Positions 1-9,701 of a stretch of 64,000 nucleotides of DNA are shown here, one piece after another. The stretch comes from an uncultured Phycisphaeraceae bacterium (lineage in GTDB: Bacteria > Planctomycetota > Phycisphaerae > UBA1845), in contig CAZMVD010000001.1 of the NCBI GenBank assembly GCA_964569425.1, positions 325 through 64,324 of the forward strand. Reading direction: 5' to 3'. Under the pieces are notes generated by a model that was not told the DNA's origin, did no database searches, and saw nothing but the letters and a program-made list of their open reading frames with translations. The stretch's first letter is position 1, and each line of letters starts with the position of its first letter. The position numbers were made by a program, and so were the translations under genes.

Positions 1-778
1 CCGTGTATGCCAACACCACGGCCCGGATCGACAGCGATGCACAAGCCTGGCGGATTCGTTCCGCATCCTGTGCGCCGGCGAGGTGCAGAATCTGCCATTC
101 GGGATGGGCGCGCCACAAGTCCTCCAGCGCCAGCGTGACGTCGTTCAGCGTCCGGGCTCCTTGAGATGCCCCGGTAACCAGCAAAGTCGCTCGATCAGGA
201 TCAAGACCGAATCGCGCGATCCCAGCGGCACGATCCGCTCCCCGAAACGCCTCGCGAACCGGACAACCGAGCGCGTGAACGACCGAGGGCCGCGGGAAAT
301 GCGCGAAGGAGTCGGGCCATTGGACGATGACCGCGTCGGCGTACCTCGCAAGATAGCGATTGGCTTTTCCCGGCCGCGCGTCGGGGTTGAAAAGTACGAT
401 GGGAATCCCCCACCGCCTCGCTTCCAGCACCGCGGGAACCGAGGCCATCCCTCCGGTGCCCACGACGACCAGCGGGCGGGTGGTCTGGAGGCGACGGCGG
501 CACACCTGTCGAGCCCGGCGAACTCCGTTCCATATCGCCGGCCAGCGCCAGGGCAAGAGTTGGAGTGGGGGCAATGTCTGCGGAATCAACTCGTGTCGGG
601 CATTCGCCAGGATTTGCGCGTCAATCGCACGCTGAGATCCAAAGAACCAGCAGTGAAGTTCGGGGAGACGGCTGCGCAGCACCTGTGCGACCGCCAGCGC
701 CGGATAGAGGTGACCACCCGTCCCGCCTCCCGCAAACGCAATCACGGGAGAATCGCCGCCGCTTGAATCCGCGCTCAC
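1..778 (-). CDS. murG: MurG (undecaprenyl-PP-MurNAc-pentapeptide GlcNAc transferase), N-terminal part; the C-terminus runs off the window start
   Basis: Not in the ORF track because no stop lies in the window. Manual reverse translation from GTG 778..776 gives VSADSSGGDSPVIAFAGGGTGGHLYPALAVAQVL...VVVGTGGMASVPAVLEA...LLVTGASQGART. GGTGGH G-loop. GTGA overlap with the ftsW stop. Sits in the canonical position after ftsW. Confidence 0.85.
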   Translation of the reverse strand, partial: MSADSSGGDSPVIAFAGGGTGGHLYPALAVAQVLRSRLPELHCWFFGSQRAIDAQILANARHELIPQTLPPLQLLPWRWPAIWNGVRRARQVCRRRLQTTRPLVVVGTGGMASVPAVLEARRWGIPIVLFNPDARPGKANRYLARYADAVIVQWPDSFAHFPRPSVVHALGCPVREAFRGADRAAGIARFGLDPDRATLLVTGASQGARTLNDVTLALEDLWRAHPEWQILHLAGAQDAERIRQACASLSIRAVVLAYT

Positions 779-2103
779 GCCCGCGCCTCGCCCAACACGG
801 CTCCGCGAAAAACGATGGGCAACTCCGGATCGGCCGCAGAATCAGATGACGTGGTCGCGGCGCGTTGCGGCATCGCCCGTCGGGCGATGGCTACCAGAAG
901 CCCTATGGCCACGCAGTACATGAGCAAGCCACTGCCTCCCGCGGAAACCAGCGGAAGCGAGATGCCCGTCGTGGGCGTCATGACCGTCACCACCGCGATG
1001 TTCAGCGCCGCTTGCAAACCGAGCGTAGCAGTCAAGCCGAACGCCAGCAGCCGCTCAAAAGGCGTGCGCGCCGACAACATGACGCGCAATCCCAACACGA
1101 TGAATGCCAGGTAGAGTGCGATCACCAGGCACGCCCCGAGAAGGCCTGTCTCCTCGCATATCACCGCAAACACAAAATCGGTGTGCGCTTCGGGAAGGTA
1201 CCCAAGCTTCTGGACACCCGCTCCCAACCCGGTCCCCGTCCAGCCGCCGGAGGCAATGGTCACCAGCGATTGCACCGGTTGGTAACCGTGTCCGCGCGGA
1301 TCCTGCCAGATGTCCATGAACGCCGTCAAGCGCGCCAGGCGATAAGGCGCCATCAGCAGCAGCACACTCATGCCGCATGCGCCCACCGACCCTATCAGCA
1401 GCAGGTGCAGCCATCGGCAACCGGCAACCAGCATCATCATGGCCCCCACGCCCGCGATGATCAGCGCGGTACCGAAGTCTTCCTTTCCCACCAGGGCGAC
1501 ACAGACCGCCAACGCCGCGGCGGCCGGCAGAAACCCGTGCCGAAAACCACCGGGGTTCCGTTTGCGTTCGCAGAAAACCGCGGCAAGCAGGCCGACCAAC
1601 GCCAGTTTGGCGAATTCCGAAGGCTGAAATCCCAGCACCGTCGTGCCCACGTCGACATGCAACCACCGCTGCGACCCCCGACGCTCATCGGCGACACCGG
1701 GCAACAGCACGGCGACCAGCAACAACGCCACGACCGCGAAGAAAACAACCGGCAGTCGCCTCCGCCAAACCTCCCGAGCCAGCAATGGCCCGGTGGCCAA
1801 AGCGGTAATGCCCAAAACGACCAACCCTCCCAGGACAAAACAAGCTTGGCGGCCCCACGCGTTCCGCCAGAGGGGACCATCCAACATGGAACGATCAAGC
1901 GGCATGGTCGCAGAAGAAACCATGACCAGCCCGATGGCCATCAGTGCAACGGCCAATGCAATCAGCGACCCCGGGTACACTGCGGTGGTGGGGGTCGCGG
2001 CATCCGCGGGTGATTCGGCATCGCGGTGGGACGGCAAATCGAGATCAAGCTGGGCCATAAACAAGCTCACGGTCCCTGACAGCTGCCGTCCCGCCCACGT
2101 CAC
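775..2103 (-). CDS. ftsW: SEDS-family peptidoglycan glycosyltransferase FtsW
   Basis: 442-aa polytopic ORF. FtsW/RodA motifs SEFAKLALV, TDFVFAVICEETGLLG, GISLPLVSAGGSGL. Located in the dcw cluster. Confidence 0.85.
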   Translation of the reverse strand: MTWAGRQLSGTVSLFMAQLDLDLPSHRDAESPADAATPTTAVYPGSLIALAVALMAIGLVMVSSATMPLDRSMLDGPLWRNAWGRQACFVLGGLVVLGITALATGPLLAREVWRRRLPVVFFAVVALLLVAVLLPGVADERRGSQRWLHVDVGTTVLGFQPSEFAKLALVGLLAAVFCERKRNPGGFRHGFLPAAAALAVCVALVGKEDFGTALIIAGVGAMMMLVAGCRWLHLLLIGSVGACGMSVLLLMAPYRLARLTAFMDIWQDPRGHGYQPVQSLVTIASGGWTGTGLGAGVQKLGYLPEAHTDFVFAVICEETGLLGACLVIALYLAFIVLGLRVMLSARTPFERLLAFGLTATLGLQAALNIAVVTVMTPTTGISLPLVSAGGSGLLMYCVAIGLLVAIARRAMPQRAATTSSDSAADPELPIVFRGAVLGEARA

Positions 2104-2219
2104 GCTCCCTCATCCCCTTCGGACGAGGGCCTCGGGGGCACCCGCCCGCCAGGCGGGTTCCTGTGTTCGCTATGCTCGATTCGCTATTCGCCATTTGCCG
2201 CATCGCGGCGCTTCATTAC

Positions 2220-3362
2220 CTATCGGAGTTTGATGGTCGCCAAGGCCAGCCCTGCAAACATCGCCGCCACCAACCAGAAACGCACCACCGTTTGCGACTC
2301 CGTCCACCCCCCCAGATGAAAATGGTGATGCAGCGGCGCACATCGAAATATCCGGTGACCGCCCGTCCACTTGAAGTAGCCCACCTGGGCGATCACCGAC
2401 AGGGCCTCCACCACAAATACCCCTCCGGCGATCAGCAACATCAGCTCCTGCCGCGTGACCACGGCCACGAACCCGATGAGCCCCCCCAGCGGAAGCGAGC
2501 CCGTATCGCCCATGAACACTTTCGCGGGATGGCAGTTGTACCACAGAAAACCAAGCGTCGAACCGAGAATCGCTCCGCACACCACCACCAGCTCTCCGCT
2601 GCGCGGAACATGCGGCATCAGCAACTTGTGCGCAAGATCGGAGGTCCCCACAATGTAGGTCAGGATCAGAAACGCCGTAGCGCACATCGCCACACACCCC
2701 GAGGCCAGTCCGTCCATGCCGTCGGTCAGGTTGACGGCATTGGATGTTCCGGTCATCACCAGCACGGTCACGACCATGAAGCTGAACGCCCCCAATTGCA
2801 GGCCGGGCTTGTAAAAGGGAACGTTGAGTATCCGATAGGCCGGCACCTCGCCCGAATCGACCAGCGGACTGAGAACCGCAAGGTTGCTTTGGCCGTGCTG
2901 AAAGATGTAATAGCCCAGGACCACGCCCAGGCCGATCTGGAAAAGGAGCTTCTCGTAACTTCGGAGCCCGTCCCGCGAATAGCCCCGCCGCTTGCGCGTG
3001 AGCTTCAGCCAGTCGTCGATGGCGCCCAGCGCCCCGAGCCAGACCAGGCACACCAGCGCCATCTGTACATAGAAGCTGGAAATGTCCGCCAGCAGCAACA
3101 CCGCCAGCGCCATGGCCAGCAGAATCATCCCGCCGCCCATGGTCGGCACATTGGCCTTGTCGCGGGTGAGTTCATTGAGCGAGGCGTGGTCGAACTCGGG
3201 CTGGTCCCCCACCTTCCACCGAGTCAGCCGACGAATCGCAGCGGGAAGCAACAGCAGCATGAACAGAAAGCAGAACAGCGCCGCGAGCGTCCCGCGAAAC
3301 AATGGATTCTCGTAGGCGTAGTGCCGGCCGGCGAAGATTTCCTGCAGCAGAAGGTAGAGCAC
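2220..3362 (-). CDS. mraY: phospho-N-acetylmuramoyl-pentapeptide transferase MraY
   Basis: 380 aa. NAVNLTDGMDGLA, VFMGDTGSLPLGG and HHHFHLGGW motifs. Polytopic. Confidence 0.95.
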   Translation of the reverse strand: MLYLLLQEIFAGRHYAYENPLFRGTLAALFCFLFMLLLLPAAIRRLTRWKVGDQPEFDHASLNELTRDKANVPTMGGGMILLAMALAVLLLADISSFYVQMALVCLVWLGALGAIDDWLKLTRKRRGYSRDGLRSYEKLLFQIGLGVVLGYYIFQHGQSNLAVLSPLVDSGEVPAYRILNVPFYKPGLQLGAFSFMVVTVLVMTGTSNAVNLTDGMDGLASGCVAMCATAFLILTYIVGTSDLAHKLLMPHVPRSGELVVVCGAILGSTLGFLWYNCHPAKVFMGDTGSLPLGGLIGFVAVVTRQELMLLIAGGVFVVEALSVIAQVGYFKWTGGHRIFRCAPLHHHFHLGGWTESQTVVRFWLVAAMFAGLALATIKLR

Positions 3363-3396
3363 CGGCGGTCTTGGCCCCCCGAATCAGGTCCATCCC

Positions 3397-4797
3397 TCAG
3401 GCAACGGCCGCCCGGCACGGCTGATGGCGCCGCAGATAGTCCACGGTCCGATCGAGCTGCATCGCACGCGACCCCTTGAGCCATACCGTGTCGCCCGGCT
3501 GAATCCGCGACACGAGTACCTGAGCCGCGGCCTCGGCGTCGGCGCAACAGGCAAGTCGCTCCGGTTCTCCGGCGAAAACGTCGCGCGCCGCGCCGGCCGT
3601 CAGCGCCCCCACCGCAATCAGGCAATCCACCGGTGCCCGATGAACCTGTTGAACCACCCGACTGTGCCACTCCTCGGAACCGGGCCCCAACTCCAGCATG
3701 TCACCCAGCACGAACCACCGCCGACCGCCGCGCGCCAGCGAAAGCGCCTCAACGGCCGCGGAAACGCTCGAAGGGTTGGCGTTGTAGGTATCGTCGATCA
3801 CCGTGACATCGTCCCATTGAAACCGGCAGGTGCGCCCCGCCGCCGGCTCGAAGGTCCGCAACCGCTCGATGATGACCTCCGGCGGCAACCCGAACCACCG
3901 CCCCACGGCGAAAGCGGCCACGGCATTCGTCGCGTGGTGCTTGCCCGGCATGCACAGTTCCACGCGATGCCGCCCCTCCAATTCAAATGTCGTCCCCGTG
4001 ATCGTCGCCTCCGGTCGCTCCACGCGCAACCGCGCGCTGGCGCCGAATCCAAAGGTAACCAGCCGAACTCGCTGACGTCGCTCCAGGTAGGCCATCGTTC
4101 CGGCCCGATCAGTGTTGACCACGCCCAGCCCGTAGGGGTGAACATGATCGAGCAGCGACAGCTTCTCCGCCATCACGCCGCTCAACCCGCCAAGACCCTC
4201 CAGATGCGCCTCCCCGATGGATGTGATGACGCCTACCTGCGGCGCCGTCCAGCGCGCCAGCGCCGCCACCTCACCGGGATGATTACTTCCGATCTCAACA
4301 ACCAGGTAGCGATCGTCGGCTTCCGCGGATAGCAACGTCAGCGGTACACCGATGTGATTATTGAAACTCCTGGGGGACCCCCGCCCCTGTAACGCCCCGC
4401 CGAGCACGTGGTCGATCATCCGCTTCGTCGTGGTCTTGCCGTTGCTGCCGGTAACCGCCACGACGCAGGTGCCCACCGGCATGACGTGGTGGCGATACCA
4501 CGTCGCCAGGCGGCCCAGGGCGGCCGTGGTGTCGTCGACCGTCAGGGACGGCAGCGGCAATGGTCCGTAGGCCGCCGCCCCGACGCGATCGACCACGCAC
4601 GCCGCCGCACCGGCGGCCGCGGCCTGTTTGATAAACGCATGACCGTCGTGCGTCGGCCCGCGCAACGCAAAGAACAAATCGTCGGGCATGACGTCGCGCG
4701 AGTCGCTGCACACCCGCCGGACAATGGTCCCTTCGCCGCCGACCGAGTCATCCGGCTCCAGCCCCTTCACCAGTTGTGCCCAGCCAAGCGGAATCAT
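3397..4797 (-). CDS. murF: UDP-MurNAc-tripeptide--D-alanyl-D-alanine ligase MurF
   Basis: 466 aa. Mur-ligase P-loop AVTGSNGKTTTK. 4-nt overlap with the murE stop. Confidence 0.9.
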   Translation of the reverse strand: MIPLGWAQLVKGLEPDDSVGGEGTIVRRVCSDSRDVMPDDLFFALRGPTHDGHAFIKQAAAAGAAACVVDRVGAAAYGPLPLPSLTVDDTTAALGRLATWYRHHVMPVGTCVVAVTGSNGKTTTKRMIDHVLGGALQGRGSPRSFNNHIGVPLTLLSAEADDRYLVVEIGSNHPGEVAALARWTAPQVGVITSIGEAHLEGLGGLSGVMAEKLSLLDHVHPYGLGVVNTDRAGTMAYLERRQRVRLVTFGFGASARLRVERPEATITGTTFELEGRHRVELCMPGKHHATNAVAAFAVGRWFGLPPEVIIERLRTFEPAAGRTCRFQWDDVTVIDDTYNANPSSVSAAVEALSLARGGRRWFVLGDMLELGPGSEEWHSRVVQQVHRAPVDCLIAVGALTAGAARDVFAGEPERLACCADAEAAAQVLVSRIQPGDTVWLKGSRAMQLDRTVDYLRRHQPCRAAVA

Positions 4798-6359
4798 GGT
4801 AACTTCCCAGCGGAAACCGCGGAGGCATTCAGGTACTCCCGAGCCACCAGAACGTCATCAAAGTCCAGCGTCTTGCCTCCCACGAGCTGATAGTTCTCAT
4901 GCCCTTTGCCCGCGATCAGGACCGTATCACCCGGTCGCGCCTCGTCCAGGGCCACGGCAATGGCCGCCCGCCGGTCGGCCTCCACCAACACTCCAGCGCC
5001 ATTGGGCCGCGCAATCCCCTTAAGAATCTCGTCGATGATCGCGCGCGGGTCTTCGGTTCGAGGATTGTCACTGGTCACGATGGCCAGATCCGCCAGTTCC
5101 TCGACCACGCGCGCCATGCGCGGGCGCTTTGGACGATCGCGATCCCCGCCGCAGCCGAACACGCAAATCAGCCGTTCGCGCGTCACGGGTCGCAGCGCGG
5201 TCAGGACATTGCGCAAGGCATCGTCGGTATGAGCGTAATCCACGAAAACCGCAAAGGGACAACCGTCCGCATCTACGCGCTCCAGCCGACCGGGGACCCC
5301 TGCCAACCCCCTCAACCCGTCCACGATGGCACCTGGCTCAATACCCAGCCCCTCCGCCGTAGCCGCAGCCGCCAGCGCGTTCTGAACATTGTGGAGGCCC
5401 ACAAACGGACAGCACAGTTCCGCTTGCATCGTCCGCGACTCCAGCGTGAATCGCGTGTCCCGAATTCCCAGTTCGATCCTTTTCGCCTGCACCTGCGCGT
5501 GCGCCGCATCGATCCCGTAGAATATCACGGGCGCAACCGTCGACTCAGCCATATTCAGCGACTCCGGATCATCGCTATTCAACACGGCGACGGCACCGGT
5601 ATCGAGCGAAGCGAACAGGCGCCGCTTGGCCTTCGCGTAGGCAGCCATGTCTCCGTGATAATCCAGGTGATCGCCCGTCAGATTGGTGAACACCGCCGCA
5701 TCGAATCGAAGCCCATCGGTCCGGCGCTGGTCCAGCGCGTGCGATGAAACTTCCATCAGGGCGAAATCGGCACCGCCGGCGCGCGCTTCGGACAACATTC
5801 GGCAAAGGTCAATCGCCCCCGGAGTCGTCAGCGGCGCGCGCAGGGCACCTCCACCAAGATCGTATTCCACGGTCCCGATCAGTGCCGGGTGCCGCGCCGC
5901 GGCGCGCAAGATCGACCGCAACATCCAGGTCACCGTCGTCTTCCCGTTCGTGCCCGTAACGCCCACCAGCTTGAGCACGGGCCCCGTCGCGCCGCGCAGC
6001 CCATGGAACGCCGCCGCCAGTCGCGCCAGCGCCTCACGCGAATCACGCACCCGAACAAGGGCGACGTGTGGCGGAACCGATACGGTTTCTTCCGCCACGA
6101 CCGCCGCTGCGCCGGCGGCAATCGCCGCAGCCACGTATCGGTGGCCGTCGGCGCGCGTTCCGCGTACAGCGACGAAGCATCCACCCGGCCGGACCTGACG
6201 GGAGTCATCCGACAGTGACAAGACCTTGACATCTTCCCGGGGGGACATCCCGCCGCTCGGAACCCCGGCACGGGAAAGCAACTCGGAAAGATTCAGGGCG
6301 TCAGGCATCGTCGGGTGGCTCAGCATGTTCTTGACCGCCGCGGTATTGTACCGCATCAC
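4794..6359 (-). CDS. murE: UDP-MurNAc-L-Ala-D-Glu--2,6-diaminopimelate ligase MurE
   Basis: 521 aa. GVTGTNGKTT P-loop. DNPR motif (TSDNPRTEDP) typical of meso-DAP-adding MurE. The start could be an internal Met. Confidence 0.9.
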   Translation of the reverse strand: MMRYNTAAVKNMLSHPTMPDALNLSELLSRAGVPSGGMSPREDVKVLSLSDDSRQVRPGGCFVAVRGTRADGHRYVAAAIAAGAAAVVAEETVSVPPHVALVRVRDSREALARLAAAFHGLRGATGPVLKLVGVTGTNGKTTVTWMLRSILRAAARHPALIGTVEYDLGGGALRAPLTTPGAIDLCRMLSEARAGGADFALMEVSSHALDQRRTDGLRFDAAVFTNLTGDHLDYHGDMAAYAKAKRRLFASLDTGAVAVLNSDDPESLNMAESTVAPVIFYGIDAAHAQVQAKRIELGIRDTRFTLESRTMQAELCCPFVGLHNVQNALAAAATAEGLGIEPGAIVDGLRGLAGVPGRLERVDADGCPFAVFVDYAHTDDALRNVLTALRPVTRERLICVFGCGGDRDRPKRPRMARVVEELADLAIVTSDNPRTEDPRAIIDEILKGIARPNGAGVLVEADRRAAIAVALDEARPGDTVLIAGKGHENYQLVGGKTLDFDDVLVAREYLNASAVSAGKLP

Positions 6360-6485
6360 GCCGACCTGTCAGCCAGAGCCGTCGGCAATGCTCCGGGACT
6401 TTCGCCGGCAAACGCCGACCCGCCGCGCCAACCCGCAAGCCTGGCGGCCTATCACTGCGAATCGTGACGAAGCCGCCCGCCTTCC

Positions 6486-8243
6486 TTACCTGCCCAGCGC
6501 CACGGCATCGTCGCGCGGCACCTGCAAATAGGCCAGCGTGCCTTCCAGAATTCTGGCCACCGCCGGCGCCGCCACCTTGCCCCCATAATAGCCCTTGGAC
6601 GCCTGCGGACGCCGCACCATCACCAGCACCGCCACCCGCGGATCCGCCGCCGGCGCCGCCCCCAGAAAATTCGACAGGTACGCGCCGGCTTCATAGCCCT
6701 TGCGATCCGCATAGGTCAGTTTGGCCGTGCCCGACTTGCCCAGCACGCGGTAACCCTCCACCCGCGCCGCCGTGCCCGAGCCTTCCTCCACCACCCCCAC
6801 AAGCAGTTCCTCCGCTACGTAGCGCGCGACGTGCGACGGAATCACACGCCGTACCGCCTCCGGACGTTCGAACGACTCCACCACCTGACCATCCACGGTC
6901 AACAATCGCCGCACCAGCCGCGGCCGCATCAATACCCCATCGTTCACCAGGGCGCTGAACGCCGTCACCAGTTGCAGCGGCGTGATGTTAATCTCGTATC
7001 CGAACGACACCGATTGCGATGTGTAGGTGGACCACTTGCGCAGGTCCACCACCATCCCCGGAGCCTCCCCCGGGTACTCAATACCCGTGCGTTCGCCAAA
7101 CCCGAACCCTCGTACCGTTTCCCACAGGGACTCCTTGCCCATACGCTCGCCGATCAGCGTCATCCCGATATTGCTGCTCTTGGCGATAATCCCCGCCAGC
7201 GTCATCATCCCGTGCGGATGGGTGTCGCGAATGGTGCGCCGCCCGACCCGATACGTGCCCTGACGGCAATCCAGCTTTTCCGTAGGCGAAACATGCCCGC
7301 CGGCCAGCGCGCCACTGGCGATGAATGCCTTGATGGTGCTTCCCGGCTCGAGCGGATCCGTCACCGCGCGATTCCGCCGCTGGTTCGCGTCCGCCGGCGC
7401 GCCCCGGTTGGGGTCGAACGAAGGCAGGTTGGCCAGCGCCAGAATCTCGCCCGTGGCCGGCTCCATTACAATCGCCACACCGCTTTCCGCGTCATAGTTC
7501 CTCAACGTATCGCCCAGCGCCGCTTCAGTGATCCGTTGGATTTCCGCATCAATGGTCAGCACCACGTGCCCGCCGTCGCGCGGGAGTTCCAACCCACCTT
7601 CCGCCCGCCACAGCGCCCGCCGCCGGGCATCGTGAATGGTGGATCGCCGCCCGTCGCGCCCGGATAGGTGCGCATCGAACGCCAGCTCAATGCCTTCCTG
7701 TCCGTGTCCGTCACGCCCCACCAGACCGACTACCTGGGCCAGCGATTCACGCAGCGGATATGTCCGTACGGCGGAATCCGTCAACCCGACCGCGGCGTGT
7801 CCCATTTGCCTCACCGCCTCCGCGGTGACCTCATCAACTCGCTGGGCCACCACGACGTAGCGCGAATGACTCCGCTGCCGAATCCTATCGCGCAGTTCCC
7901 CCGGCGACTGATTCAACCGCGGCGCCAGAATGTCCACGAATGCATCCAGGTCATTGACCAGCGACGGGTCCACAAAAACGTCGGGGATGGGATGGCTGGC
8001 AGCCACCACGCGCTCACGGCGATCGAGCACCATCCCGCGCACCGCGGGAATCGTCGCCAGACCGGACTGCTGTCGCTCGGCGATGCGCATCAACTCCGGG
8101 CGAAGCGACGAATTGATGTACGCGACCCGCCCCGCCAATCCCACGAAGACCGCAGCCAACAGGATCAGCAGTCCTGCGCCGCTGCGCTTCTGCCATGGTT
8201 CCAGGGGATGGTTTGCGCAAGACATGCGGCGACTTTCCTGCAC
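6486..8243 (-). CDS. ftsI: class B penicillin-binding protein / peptidoglycan D,D-transpeptidase FtsI
   Basis: 585 aa. N-terminal TM (GLLILLAAVFVGLAG). SxxK = STIK, SxN = SSN, KSG = KSGTA. Confidence 0.85.
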   Translation of the reverse strand: MQESRRMSCANHPLEPWQKRSGAGLLILLAAVFVGLAGRVAYINSSLRPELMRIAERQQSGLATIPAVRGMVLDRRERVVAASHPIPDVFVDPSLVNDLDAFVDILAPRLNQSPGELRDRIRQRSHSRYVVVAQRVDEVTAEAVRQMGHAAVGLTDSAVRTYPLRESLAQVVGLVGRDGHGQEGIELAFDAHLSGRDGRRSTIHDARRRALWRAEGGLELPRDGGHVVLTIDAEIQRITEAALGDTLRNYDAESGVAIVMEPATGEILALANLPSFDPNRGAPADANQRRNRAVTDPLEPGSTIKAFIASGALAGGHVSPTEKLDCRQGTYRVGRRTIRDTHPHGMMTLAGIIAKSSNIGMTLIGERMGKESLWETVRGFGFGERTGIEYPGEAPGMVVDLRKWSTYTSQSVSFGYEINITPLQLVTAFSALVNDGVLMRPRLVRRLLTVDGQVVESFERPEAVRRVIPSHVARYVAEELLVGVVEEGSGTAARVEGYRVLGKSGTAKLTYADRKGYEAGAYLSNFLGAAPAADPRVAVLVMVRRPQASKGYYGGKVAAPAVARILEGTLAYLQVPRDDAVALGR

Positions 8244-8270
8244 GCGGCCGCCGGTCGCTCATGCGCCAGG

Positions 8271-8564
8271 CTAATCGCGGGCCCGACCGACGGCCAGTCT
8301 GCGGCCTTGCTGCATCTGGTCTATGGCTCCCGGGGGGAGCACTTCGCTGCCGAACCGGGCCGCGCGGTCATGAACCTGCTCCGGTGACCGCAATCGGGCC
8401 ACGCCACTGCGGCTCAGCCATAAGTCCCGGCGCGCCTGCACCCACTGCGCTTCCAGCCGCAACGTCCGCCCCGCCGCGCGCGTCTGCTCCGCCCTCAGGA
8501 ACACAACCGCCAGGGCAATGACCGCAAACAGCGCCGCAAGCACGCTGATGCGCCAGGCGCTCAA
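8271..8564 (-). CDS. FtsL-like small bitopic membrane protein
   Basis: 97 aa. A single TM (ISVLAALFAVIALAVVFL) followed by a short helical segment. Sits immediately upstream of ftsI, where ftsL normally lies. 4-nt overlap with the preceding LysM gene. Sequence identity to FtsL cannot be assessed by eye. Confidence 0.5.
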   Translation of the reverse strand: MSAWRISVLAALFAVIALAVVFLRAEQTRAAGRTLRLEAQWVQARRDLWLSRSGVARLRSPEQVHDRAARFGSEVLPPGAIDQMQQGRRLAVGRARD

Positions 8565-9685
8565 CGGCGGCCTCCGCGCGCGTCGGCCACCTCCGCCGCG
8601 GGCAACTTGATCCGCACGCCCTCACGGATCAGGCTCGCGTTCGGAAACTTATCCTTGTTCAGTTCGTAGATTTCCTTCCAACGCCGTTCGCTGCCCAACT
8701 GCTCACGCGCAATGCTGACGTAGCGGTCGTCCTTCTTGACCTGGTACCAGCGGAAAGCCCCTGCCGATTCAGAGACCAGCGGCGTCCGACCGGTCTCGCG
8801 GGTGTTGGCCGTCTGGTTGACATTCGGTGAGCGCGCCCCTCCGGCCAGGGAAGCACCCGATTCCCGCAGGTCCGGCACCACCAGTTCCACTCCGATCGGC
8901 AAGCGATCAGGGTCCGCGAGTACGCGCCGATTCGCATCGTAAATCGCCCGAATGTACGTCGCGGATTTTGCGCCATAGTACCGCTCGGCGATGCGCGTCA
9001 GGGAATCGCCCGCCGCCACGACATGCCGCCGACCCTGCACTGATGGAACGGCAGTGCGCTCCACGGAACCCGGTGAACCTAGCGGCGCGCGCGCGGCATC
9101 GAACGCGGGTCGGGTACCCTCCCGAACCGGTTGCGCCGTAAGCGACGCAGGAGAATCGGCCTGTCCGGGGGTGACTCCCGCGGCCGTCGTGGCCGGTGCA
9201 TCGTGTGTGCCTCCGGCCATCTGGGCAAGCCGCTGCTCCAGCAGTCGAACGCGCTCCGCCATCGCTTGATCGCCCGTGGGTGACGCCGAACGGACAAACC
9301 GCGAGTCGTCCTCCAGGGGAGACCCTGGCACGGTGCCACCGGCCGGCTGCGGATTTAATTGGCCGTCGGGACGGGCCGGCGTGCCGACGCTCGGCTCCGG
9401 TCGCGATACCGGCAACTGACCAGACCCGGAACCGGTCGGCGTGGGTGCCCCGGGTGTATTCGGGTTCCCTGCCACCGGACCGGGACGAGCGGCGCGCCGC
9501 AACCCTCCGTGGCCCGAACCCTGGTCCGCAGGAAACGCCAAACGCTGAGTGACCGCCTCCTGTCGCCCACGATTGGCGAGTATGACCGCAAAGCAGATGA
9601 TGAACGCCAGACCCGCGAGCAAACCGACCTTGGTTTCCTTGGCCATCGGGGTGTCTCCCGTCGAAACGCGCTCCGCACTCTCCAC
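8561..9685 (-). CDS. bitopic membrane protein with a Pro/Gly/Ala-rich linker and two C-terminal LysM domains
   Basis: 374-aa ORF. TM VGLLAGLAFIICFAVILA. LysM 1: HVVAAGDSLTRIAERYYG...LPIGVELVVP. LysM 2: WYQVKKDDRYVSIAREQLG...IREGVRIKLP. Alternative start at ATG 9646, preceded by GGGAGA. Confidence 0.8.
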   Translation of the reverse strand: MESAERVSTGDTPMAKETKVGLLAGLAFIICFAVILANRGRQEAVTQRLAFPADQGSGHGGLRRAARPGPVAGNPNTPGAPTPTGSGSGQLPVSRPEPSVGTPARPDGQLNPQPAGGTVPGSPLEDDSRFVRSASPTGDQAMAERVRLLEQRLAQMAGGTHDAPATTAAGVTPGQADSPASLTAQPVREGTRPAFDAARAPLGSPGSVERTAVPSVQGRRHVVAAGDSLTRIAERYYGAKSATYIRAIYDANRRVLADPDRLPIGVELVVPDLRESGASLAGGARSPNVNQTANTRETGRTPLVSESAGAFRWYQVKKDDRYVSIAREQLGSERRWKEIYELNKDKFPNASLIREGVRIKLPAAEVADARGGRR

Positions 9686-9701
9686 GCGGCGTGCGCAGGG
9701 T

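Noticed and set aside
83-766. 227-aa plus-strand ORF at the window start
   Set aside because: It lies antisense to the manually translated murG N-terminal region (GGTGGH motif).
2163-3479. 438-aa plus-strand ORF
   Set aside because: It lies antisense to mraY and is a His/Arg/Gln/Pro-rich artefact.
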